Assembly (NCBI GenBank): GCA_024614665.1
Contig: GCA_024614665.1_4861.1
DNA length: 64,000 bases
Direction: 5' to 3' (one strand)
DNA from: a phage
The notes under the pieces are model-generated. The model was not told the DNA's origin, did not search any database, and saw only the letters and a list, made by a program, of their open reading frames with translations. The translations under genes were made by a program, and so were the position numbers. Below, piece after piece: positions 39,044 to 46,420 of this stretch (position 1 is its first letter; every line of letters starts with the position of its first letter).

Positions 39044-40246
39044 ATGGCCGAAATCATTTATCAGTACCCGCTCGACCTTACCGGGACATTAACGTCGAAC
39101 GCCGTTACGCGGCGTATTACGTTAGGTTCTGGTAAAGTTAACCGGGCTTTTGCATTTCCTGACGGAGCTTTCTACGCGGATACTTTCCGCTTAGCGGCTG
39201 CGAACAAACCGGGTGTCTACCCGTACAAACGTGGTACAGACTACGAGCTGATTTTTGCACATACTGCATATCAGAAAATGACCAAGAACCGCGAAGTGGT
39301 CATGGGTGTGGTGGTAACTAACTCGGCCATTCCTACAGATATCGAAGTCTCTGCGCAAGTCGTTGGTGGTTTTCAGTCTGCGAACGTCGAAGGCATCCGA
39401 CAAGCGATTGCGTCGTTGAAAATTGAAGACCGCGTGGTGGACTTCAAGGATCTTCGGAACGTACCCGATACGTTCCCGTCCGCACCGACGTATAAAGACC
39501 TTGGCGATATCTACGGTTTTGAGTACATCATTACCGTGCTCGCGGGGATTAAAGATGCGATTAACTCCGGCTCTGCAGTACAGCTGGAAGAAATTAAAGG
39601 TATTCTGGACGGTCTGAAAAACGACTTCCTCGATGCCTTAAATACCCACATCAACGCCGAAGGTAACGTACACAATCTCGACATTCATCAGGTTAATGGC
39701 CTGACGGAGACGGAGATTCGTGCTCTGATTCAAAGTGTACAGACTGCCATTGACGCCACTATCAGAGATATCGGCGACTTAAGAGCAGCAGACACGGCGT
39801 TGGGGCAACGCATCGATGCAGTTGTGGCTTCGTTAGCCGCGTGGAACGACCAGCTTAATGTAGTTGCTCAAAATTACCAGAAAATGTCGTTAGCATTAGC
39901 TAACCTTAATTCTCTGGTGTTGCAATTACAGAAGAAGGTTAATGATCTTCAGTCTGCGCTGAATGAAACAAATCAGCGTGTCACGGATCTTGAGAATCAA
40001 GGCAAAGACTTCCAACAGCAAATTGATAACCTGCAAGGACAAATCAACAGTCTTAAAACTCAGGTTGTAAACAACACCAACGCAATTTCGCAGGCAAACC
40101 AGAATCTGGCGAACCATGCGGCTGCGGATAACCCACACCCGAATTACCTCCATAAACAGTATGGCGGTGTTGTGCAGGCTGCTGTTCACGTCAACAACAA
40201 CCTCACCTCGCGCGACGATGTTCAAGCTGAAGCGGGTACTAAGTAA
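39044..40246 (+). CDS. tail fibre-like protein with C-terminal coiled coil (about 400 aa)
   Basis: ORF track 39008..40246; ATG (MAEIIYQ...) with AAGGAG RBS; shared N-terminal module (GTDYELIFAHTAY); heptad-like Q/N/L-rich segment. Confidence 0.7.
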   Translation: MAEIIYQYPLDLTGTLTSNAVTRRITLGSGKVNRAFAFPDGAFYADTFRLAAANKPGVYPYKRGTDYELIFAHTAYQKMTKNREVVMGVVVTNSAIPTDIEVSAQVVGGFQSANVEGIRQAIASLKIEDRVVDFKDLRNVPDTFPSAPTYKDLGDIYGFEYIITVLAGIKDAINSGSAVQLEEIKGILDGLKNDFLDALNTHINAEGNVHNLDIHQVNGLTETEIRALIQSVQTAIDATIRDIGDLRAADTALGQRIDAVVASLAAWNDQLNVVAQNYQKMSLALANLNSLVLQLQKKVNDLQSALNETNQRVTDLENQGKDFQQQIDNLQGQINSLKTQVVNNTNAISQANQNLANHAAADNPHPNYLHKQYGGVVQAAVHVNNNLTSRDDVQAEAGTK

Positions 40247-40253
40247 CTTGTTT

Positions 40254-40300
40254 ACGAGCCGGACTATGTTTATGGACATAGTCCGCTCGTTCTACTTTTT
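40254..40300 (+). terminator. intrinsic terminator between tail fibre module and Cys-rich peptide genes
   Basis: long imperfect hairpin ACGAGCCGGACTATG...CATAGTCCGCTCGT followed by TCTACTTTTT. Confidence 0.6.
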
Positions 40301-40311
40301 AAGGAAGCGTA

Positions 40312-40704
40312 ATGGCGATATCTATTAAAGACGTCAGAAACCGCGTCCAGATAGTCGAAGCTAACATGGCGACAGGCCCCCGTATCGACGCGCAAGTGGC
40401 CTCTAAAGCCCATAACGCGGCAGACCGATTTGGGGGTTGGACGAAAACACAGCTAGATTGCGGCGGGACATGTTCTTGGACGTGCTCTAACGGTTGCTCG
40501 CATGGCTGTTCGAGCTGTTCAGGAAGCTGTTCTGCTTCTTGTATCGGTAGCTGTTCTTCGACGTGTGGCGGTAACTGTTCTGGTTGCTCTGGTTGTTCTG
40601 GTGGTTGCAGTAGTAGCTGTACCGGTAACTGCACAGGTGGTTGCGGTGGCTCTTGTTCCGCAAACTGCTCCGGGGCCTGCTCCGGCGGCTGTTCAGGTCG
40701 CTAA
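40312..40704 (+). CDS. Cys-rich repeat peptide 1 (130 aa), candidate radical-SAM substrate
   Basis: AAGGAAG RBS; about 50-aa leader-like N-terminus then core with Cys every 4th residue (CSNGCSHGCSSCSGSCSASC...). Confidence 0.7.
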   Translation: MAISIKDVRNRVQIVEANMATGPRIDAQVASKAHNAADRFGGWTKTQLDCGGTCSWTCSNGCSHGCSSCSGSCSASCIGSCSSTCGGNCSGCSGCSGGCSSSCTGNCTGGCGGSCSANCSGACSGGCSGR

Positions 40705-41110
40705 GGGGGATTAAATGGCAATTGGATTAAAAGAACTGAATAACCGATTAAACACGATCGATGCAAACGCTCTAAAGAATACCACGAATGTGCAAAACTA
40801 CATTCGCAATAAAGCTACGAATAACGCCGACTTGTTCGCAGGTCAAGGCCGTTCGCACTATGACTGTGGTGGCACATGCTCTTTTAGTTGCTCGAGTTGT
40901 TCTGGCGGATGTACTGGGTCTGCGACAGGTGGTTGTGGGTCGACTTGTTCGGCAAACTGTGTATCAGGCTGTAGCAGCAGCTGCACGGGCTGTAGCTCTT
41001 CGTGCTCTGGTGGTTGTAGCGGCACGTGCACAGGCAGCTGTTCTGGGGGTTGTGGTAAATCCTGCTCCGCAAACTGCTCAGGTGCGTGCTCTGGTGGTTG
41101 TTCAGGTCCT
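40480..41110 (+). repeat. periodic Cys-codon region encoding the cores of Cys-rich peptides 1 and 2
   Basis: 12-nt (4-codon) periodicity of TGT/TGC; Ser and Gly codons vary synonymously between repeats, so periodicity is at protein level. Confidence 0.6.
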
Positions 41111-41119
41111 AACTCCTAA
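40715..41119 (+). CDS. Cys-rich repeat peptide 2 (134 aa), paralog of peptide 1
   Basis: AAGGGGGA RBS; conserved leader and DCGGTCS core entry; same C-terminal CSANCSGACSGGCSG ending as peptide 1. Confidence 0.7.
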   Translation: MAIGLKELNNRLNTIDANALKNTTNVQNYIRNKATNNADLFAGQGRSHYDCGGTCSFSCSSCSGGCTGSATGGCGSTCSANCVSGCSSSCTGCSSSCSGGCSGTCTGSCSGGCGKSCSANCSGACSGGCSGPNS

Positions 41120-41134
41120 CTGACGGAGGCTTAT

Positions 41135-41341
41135 GTGATCAGTCTCAAGACTATTCGAAACCGTCTCGTTACGGCAGAAGGCTACATTACAACCGCGCAG
41201 GCAAACAACTATATCGCTAACCAGGGCACCGTGTCAACCACGAACAACCTGGCTGGTTTACCGCTTTCTCACTATAACTGTAATGGTGGGTGTAGCTGGT
41301 CCTGCAGCGGAAGCTGTAGCCGTGGAGCGGGGAATCGATAA
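41135..41341 (+). CDS. Cys-rich repeat peptide 3 (68 aa, short paralog)
   Basis: GTG start with GACGGAGG RBS; leader related to peptides 1 and 2; short core NCNGGCSWSCSGSCS. Confidence 0.55.
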   Translation: MISLKTIRNRLVTAEGYITTAQANNYIANQGTVSTTNNLAGLPLSHYNCNGGCSWSCSGSCSRGAGNR

Positions 41342-41363
41342 CAGAAAACGTTCGGAGTATTAA

Positions 41364-42251
41364 ATGAAAAACGATTTGCATCTTGCGTATAAAACCACAT
41401 TCAACCACCCGCTGCATCTATCTTCCCCAGATTCGGTGCGTGCACACCTCGCTGACAAAGTCAGACTGATTGCACAGATTCCTGGTGAGTGGCCAAAGGT
41501 TCGTGGTCGCTTCTTGACCGACAAGAAGAACTACACCGTAGAAAATACGTTTAAGATCCGTGATATGGTTGCAGAGGCCATCGTTATCTTTAACGGCGAT
41601 GGTAACTCTCGCGGCGTGTTGGTTGACGGTAAGTATTTCTTCAGTGAAGGGATTCTGAACAACAGTGTCGATTTAGAACTGATGTTTACACCGTTTGACG
41701 AACTCGAAGCAAAACCGATGGCGCGCCGTTGGTGGAGTCCGGACTATCTGGGCTCGTTCCCTTACTACTTTGTACTGGTACCTGCCGATACGGAAACGTA
41801 TTTCGACACCGAACCGTACATCGATATCGAGGGATATAAAGAACTCGGCATCACCCGTTTAGCGGACATGATGGCGTATAGCTATAAGTTCGTGTGGGAT
41901 AAAAAGCGTTCTGTCTGGTATGCGCTGACTGACGATTTTGAAATCACCAAACGTATTCGTAAGCCGTGGATGCAACACCTGGTTCAAACCCGATATGGGG
42001 ATTACCCGGCGACAGAAGCGGATTTGAGTAAGCTGGTAAGCTTCCTCTTAACGAAGGTGGATTTAACGAAAGAAGAAGCAGAAGCTGTTTCTGAGATTCG
42101 TAGTCGTTCGGTTACGTTGGCCGATTTGAAACGCTTGAACGAAAGACATGCCGACCTGAACAAAATTTTAGCTGCCTATCACGACCCGATGTTACTGGTG
42201 CCTGGCGCTAATGTAGACGAAGATCCTTTATTCGCCATTGATTATATTTAA
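41364..42251 (+). CDS. hypothetical protein (295 aa) within the radical-SAM cluster
   Basis: ORF track; co-directional, tightly packed between precursors and radical-SAM genes. Confidence 0.6.
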   Translation: MKNDLHLAYKTTFNHPLHLSSPDSVRAHLADKVRLIAQIPGEWPKVRGRFLTDKKNYTVENTFKIRDMVAEAIVIFNGDGNSRGVLVDGKYFFSEGILNNSVDLELMFTPFDELEAKPMARRWWSPDYLGSFPYYFVLVPADTETYFDTEPYIDIEGYKELGITRLADMMAYSYKFVWDKKRSVWYALTDDFEITKRIRKPWMQHLVQTRYGDYPATEADLSKLVSFLLTKVDLTKEEAEAVSEIRSRSVTLADLKRLNERHADLNKILAAYHDPMLLVPGANVDEDPLFAIDYI

Positions 42252-42273
42252 AAATATACTGGAGCAACCTGCA

Positions 42274-43188
42274 ATGACAGATCAAGTAGAATCCAGGATC
42301 TCGTCTGAACTGTACGACAAACCGTCAATTCTGTCGGTTGTCGCAACTTCTAAGTGTAACTTAGACTGTAGCTTCTGTGGAGGGGCTTATTACATGGATA
42401 GAGAAGATACTTCTCGTGAGTTTCAACGTGAAGAGATTCTCTCGATTTTAGAGAAGAATCCGGATATCGGTGAAATTCATTGGACGGGCGGTGAGCCGCT
42501 GTTAGCGCAGCGCAAGATTGAAGACTTCGTGAACGAGTTGAAGGAGTCTCATCCGAACCTCCGTCATCACATGTACACCAACGGTTTAAAGATGCGTAAA
42601 TCACATCTGCCGTTGCTGAAACAGTTCGACCTTATCTTTGTGTCCATTGACGGCTACAAGAAGTCGGAACGTCCGTTTATGAACTTTGTAAACGGTGGTA
42701 ATCACGAAGCGCTGGAAGTGCTGTACGAGCTGGACAACTATTACACCTGGGGTGTGATGACGCGTGACCAGTTAGGTGATAAACGCTGGTACGAAGATTT
42801 CATCGAGCTGCACCGAGCAATCTATCATTACCGTCCAGGTGGTATGTCGTTGCTGTTTGATGCGATGATGCCGAAACCGTTATCGCCAGACCACGTCATG
42901 AACTTCATGTACGGGTATTGGAAAATACTCGACAATATCGAACGCCTTAACATGCAGAACGATTCTGAGTGTGGGCTTGCGATCAGTAAAATGTTCGATA
43001 CTGAGTGCAACACGTGCAGTGAAGTGCTGTGGCTTAACGCCGACGGTACGCAGGAGCAAATTCAGAACGCCCCAGAGATATTGGAAGTCGGCTGTAATCG
43101 CCTGGCGCGTTCTATCGGCGTTGATGCGTATAACTACATCAACCGTGTAATTTCTGCTAAGCGTAAACGGGCGGCGAACAATGAGTAA
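42274..43188 (+). CDS. radical SAM enzyme (about 304 aa)
   Basis: CNLDCSFC (CxxxCxxC) near N-terminus; GGEPLL; C-terminal Cys cluster (ECGLA...ECNTCSE...GCN); ATG with CTGGAG RBS (ORF track starts 42238). Confidence 0.75.
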   Translation: MTDQVESRISSELYDKPSILSVVATSKCNLDCSFCGGAYYMDREDTSREFQREEILSILEKNPDIGEIHWTGGEPLLAQRKIEDFVNELKESHPNLRHHMYTNGLKMRKSHLPLLKQFDLIFVSIDGYKKSERPFMNFVNGGNHEALEVLYELDNYYTWGVMTRDQLGDKRWYEDFIELHRAIYHYRPGGMSLLFDAMMPKPLSPDHVMNFMYGYWKILDNIERLNMQNDSECGLAISKMFDTECNTCSEVLWLNADGTQEQIQNAPEILEVGCNRLARSIGVDAYNYINRVISAKRKRAANNE

Positions 43189-44509
43189 CAGCGAACAGCA
43201 AATCCAGTACACACCACGCACGTATCAGGTTGTGACTAACCTGTCATGTAATCTGGACTGCGAATACTGCTACGAGCGTAAATATCCTCGTAACAACAAA
43301 GTAGCAGACGTGATTGATTTTATCCACGCTTGTTTCGAGCGTGATAAAGATATCCCGAACGTTGAGGTCATCATCGATATCATCGGTGGTGAGCCGTTCA
43401 TGCAGCCTAAACTTCTTTTGGCGGCCTTTGAAACCGCAGAGAAGTTATGCGCAGAACACAATCGCCCGTATATGTTCAGTATCTCCACGAACGGTACACT
43501 TCTGGACCGTCCGCTGAACAAAGAAATTATCGAGCGCTGGAAAGACAAACTGTCTATTGGGGTCTCCATCGATGGTTTACCTGAAGTCCATGACAAATAT
43601 CGTATCTTTACCACGACGCGTGAAGGGTCGTACGAAGCTGCGGTACGCGGTTACAATTATCTGAAGAGTGTTGGCATCGCTGAATTAGGCGTAAAGGCGA
43701 CGTTTACGATCGATACATTGCCGCACTATGCCGCCAGCATGAAATCGTTAATTGACATGTCCGGCGGTGGTACCATTTCTGGTAACGTAACGTACGAAGA
43801 TATCCTGCCGCGCCATATGGCGTTGGATATCGCGAACCAGATGATGGACGTGATGGACTACTGGATTGAGAAGGGTCTGCACACCAACCCGCGTAACACG
43901 ATTACACACATCATCCCGGATGGCCTGAACTTTATGGCAACTTGGGACCCGGATTGGCGTGACAAACTCTTACATGACGACTCTGTTCGTCTCGACCCAG
44001 AACGCCTGAAACCGTACTGCGGTACGTTGACGCACATGACCTGTCTCGGCTTTGATCGCAAGATTTACGGTTGTAACCGTTTCATGTCCACGGTAACTTC
44101 CCGTTCTGCTGTAGCAGAACTGGTCGGTCGTGAGTTTGTGAGCCTGGACGGTGGTAAGTTGTTAGAAGAGATTCAAACACAGTACACCAACTACCCAGAA
44201 ACCTGTTTAGGGTGTCCGATGAAACACAGTTGCGGTAGCTGCGCAGCAGCATCGTACGAAAACGGTGAAGGTACACTGGAAGACCGTAAAGCGTATCACG
44301 CCGAGCGTCGTCAGTGTGGTTGGACTACTGCGAAGCTGATGGCGGCGGAATATTGGTATCAGAAAACTGGTACGACCCGCGCATCAGATTTGCATGATAA
44401 ATCCATGTGCTATTGTTCACGTTGTGTACGCCAACGTGCTGAAGCAGAAAAATTACAAAACGGAGCCCAGAATGAAGTCAATACTGATTCACAATTTTAC
44501 GAAGCGTAA
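43181..44509 (+). CDS. radical SAM enzyme with SPASM-like C-terminal domain (442 aa)
   Basis: CNLDCEYC (CxxxCxxC); IGGEPF; C-terminal CLGCPMKHSCGSC resembling the SPASM auxiliary-cluster motif; start overlaps stop of preceding radical-SAM gene by 8 nt. Confidence 0.8.
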   Translation: MSNSEQQIQYTPRTYQVVTNLSCNLDCEYCYERKYPRNNKVADVIDFIHACFERDKDIPNVEVIIDIIGGEPFMQPKLLLAAFETAEKLCAEHNRPYMFSISTNGTLLDRPLNKEIIERWKDKLSIGVSIDGLPEVHDKYRIFTTTREGSYEAAVRGYNYLKSVGIAELGVKATFTIDTLPHYAASMKSLIDMSGGGTISGNVTYEDILPRHMALDIANQMMDVMDYWIEKGLHTNPRNTITHIIPDGLNFMATWDPDWRDKLLHDDSVRLDPERLKPYCGTLTHMTCLGFDRKIYGCNRFMSTVTSRSAVAELVGREFVSLDGGKLLEEIQTQYTNYPETCLGCPMKHSCGSCAAASYENGEGTLEDRKAYHAERRQCGWTTAKLMAAEYWYQKTGTTRASDLHDKSMCYCSRCVRQRAEAEKLQNGAQNEVNTDSQFYEA

Positions 44510-45038
44510 ACTGCACTTGGTCGATCGCTTCCTGCGCAAAAGCAAGCTGTACAATGTGCACGCAATTGTGGCAGGGGAAGACTTCACTGATGAAATCCAA
44601 AGCCTGTTGATTAAATACGGGCTGAATGTGATGATCCCGGTCTACTGCGTTGAGAAAGGACACGAGTCTGTCGCGGAAATCGAAAAGCGCAACCCCGGCT
44701 TTGAGAAGCGACTGCTTGCATACCCACGCCACAAAATCGAACTGCTACGTCACTCTATTGATGAAGCCAGTCCTGAAAGTTTAGTGGCTTTGGGCTTGTC
44801 TTTCCCGCGGATGCGTATTCGTAACTTACGCTCCAATAACCCGGTTGACGCTTATTACACAGAGCGTCAAATCTTCGAAGAACACCTGCTCCCGCAGTTG
44901 GAAGAAGAAGAGCAACACAACATTTCTCTGTTGTGGGCCGGTAACCTCGATCAGGACTTCCAGATGCTGGACTTCGGTTTGTTGTTAGAACTTGGCCTGA
45001 TTGAGGAGGACGAATGTCTGTTACTGACAAAAGCTTAA
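44472..45038 (+). CDS. hypothetical protein (about 188 aa)
   Basis: ORF track 44394..45038; ATG (MKSILIH...) with ACGGAG RBS; overlaps 3' end of SPASM gene. Confidence 0.5.
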   Translation: MKSILIHNFTKRKLHLVDRFLRKSKLYNVHAIVAGEDFTDEIQSLLIKYGLNVMIPVYCVEKGHESVAEIEKRNPGFEKRLLAYPRHKIELLRHSIDEASPESLVALGLSFPRMRIRNLRSNNPVDAYYTERQIFEEHLLPQLEEEEQHNISLLWAGNLDQDFQMLDFGLLLELGLIEEDECLLLTKA

Positions 45039-45685
45039 CGAACGAAGAGATCCGCGCCCGTTATTTCCAGCGTGATTTGCCGATTGATCGTCACGGTAAT
45101 TTCATGGAACGAATCGGTGCGCAGGATCAGGGCCGTACAGGCTTTTGCGCTCTGCTCCATTATCATCTCATCGAAGGGATGTCTGATAAAGAAGCCCTGG
45201 CACGCATGAAGCTGTATGAGATGTCGGAGATTGAAGCTAACTTCACATTGAAACGCACGAAAGAGTTTATTGCTAATGTGCTGGAGATTGACCTCGACGA
45301 AATTCGCGGGAATCTGAAATCTACCGCACGTTACATTTACGAAGACGTGCAGAAGATGCTGTTGGAGCTTGACCACCGCTACGAAGATGAGCGTCATGGT
45401 TATATCGAGTTTGAAGGTAGTCACTTTCAAGCCGATGAATCGTCGCGTACCATCCTCGGTCAATACATTCAGGCAGATACCGCACCAGAATACTGGCTCG
45501 ATACGCTGAATACTAAGCACAGTCCGTTTACAGTAGCCCAATGTAAAGCGTTGCTGGCCGCTATTGTTGCACGTGACCAAGTGTTGCACTCAGCAATGGC
45601 AGATAACAAACGCCATATCCGTGAGTTAGCTGAAAAGCGCGATTACACTGGATTAAAAACATTGTCCGAATCTCTCGGCATTTAA
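45014..45685 (+). CDS. hypothetical protein (223 aa)
   Basis: GAGGAGG RBS; followed by bidirectional terminator. Confidence 0.6.
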   Translation: MSVTDKSLTNEEIRARYFQRDLPIDRHGNFMERIGAQDQGRTGFCALLHYHLIEGMSDKEALARMKLYEMSEIEANFTLKRTKEFIANVLEIDLDEIRGNLKSTARYIYEDVQKMLLELDHRYEDERHGYIEFEGSHFQADESSRTILGQYIQADTAPEYWLDTLNTKHSPFTVAQCKALLAAIVARDQVLHSAMADNKRHIRELAEKRDYTGLKTLSESLGI

Positions 45686-45687
45686 GC

Positions 45688-45745
45688 AAAGAAAATAAAG
45701 GCCCTACCTCCCTTCGGGGAGGTAGGTACCTTATTTTATTTCTTA
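45688..45745. terminator. bidirectional intrinsic terminator closing the radical-SAM cluster
   Basis: A-rich run, hairpin CCTACCTCCC-TTCG-GGGAGGTAGG, T-rich run; between convergent genes ending 45685 and 45766. Confidence 0.7.
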
Positions 45746-45765
45746 GAAACTACTAAGTTGTTTTG

Positions 45766-46293
45766 TTAAACGAATCCGTCCAGTTCACCGTTGGTGGTGC
45801 TCAGGTCAGTTTTAACGATTGGCTGCGTTACAGTATAAACTGCAGGGCTGCCAGGTCGGTATTTAATGTGGCCTGATTTCACCTTAACAGTGATGACTTT
45901 CTCACCACTGCTGCCGTCCACGCGTTTAATGATGAGTTCAGACAATGCAAACGCATCTTCCGTTTTACCGGCGGCAATTAGATCTGCGTTGACAAAAGCA
46001 AGCACTTCTTCATCGGTATCCCATTCTGCCTGGTCAGCGGTAACTGCCTTCTCACCGATGATGTCCGATAAATTGAGGCGGGTATAATGCAGCTCTTTCA
46101 CGCCAGTAAAGTTAGCGGATTCCGCGGTGGCGGTGATGGTGAGATTGGTGTTGCGAGTGTCTCCAGAATCTGCTGGTGAATAGTCAGCAACAGCGCCGAA
46201 TGTAACGTCAGCAGCAGTTAACGGACTAGGCAGTCCGCTGTTTGCAGCATTAAACAGCGCGACGAGTTGGTCTTTTGCAGAGATGACTGCCAT
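45766..46293 (-). CDS. short family-A paralog (175 aa)
   Basis: AAGGAAA RBS; LHYTRLNLSDI motif and C-terminal TNGELDGFV shared with long family-A proteins. Confidence 0.6.
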   Translation of the reverse strand: MAVISAKDQLVALFNAANSGLPSPLTAADVTFGAVADYSPADSGDTRNTNLTITATAESANFTGVKELHYTRLNLSDIIGEKAVTADQAEWDTDEEVLAFVNADLIAAGKTEDAFALSELIIKRVDGSSGEKVITVKVKSGHIKYRPGSPAVYTVTQPIVKTDLSTTNGELDGFV

Positions 46294-46420
46294 GGTTGTT
46301 TCCTTATAGTAGGTTTGTGGTGCATACTAAATCGTTCTAAAAAAAATACATAGTGGGCTTAATATGACAGTAAAGTTGACTGTTAAACGAGAAAATTATT
46401 TACCACTGAAAGGATACCTT

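Noticed and set aside
40480-41110. Possible CRISPR array or simple tandem DNA repeat
   Set aside because: No repeat-spacer architecture; periodicity is 12 nt within an open reading frame and varies at synonymous positions
40299-41123. Long ORFs on both strands inside the Cys-repeat region (40299..40634, 40502..40714, 40788..41123, 40884..41072)
   Set aside because: By-products of the periodic GC-rich codon composition; they overlap the three RBS-supported Cys-rich peptide genes
42274-44509. Anaerobic sulfatase-maturating enzyme (formylglycine) function for the radical-SAM enzymes
   Set aside because: No sulfatase gene and no C/SxPxR target motif in the neighbouring peptides
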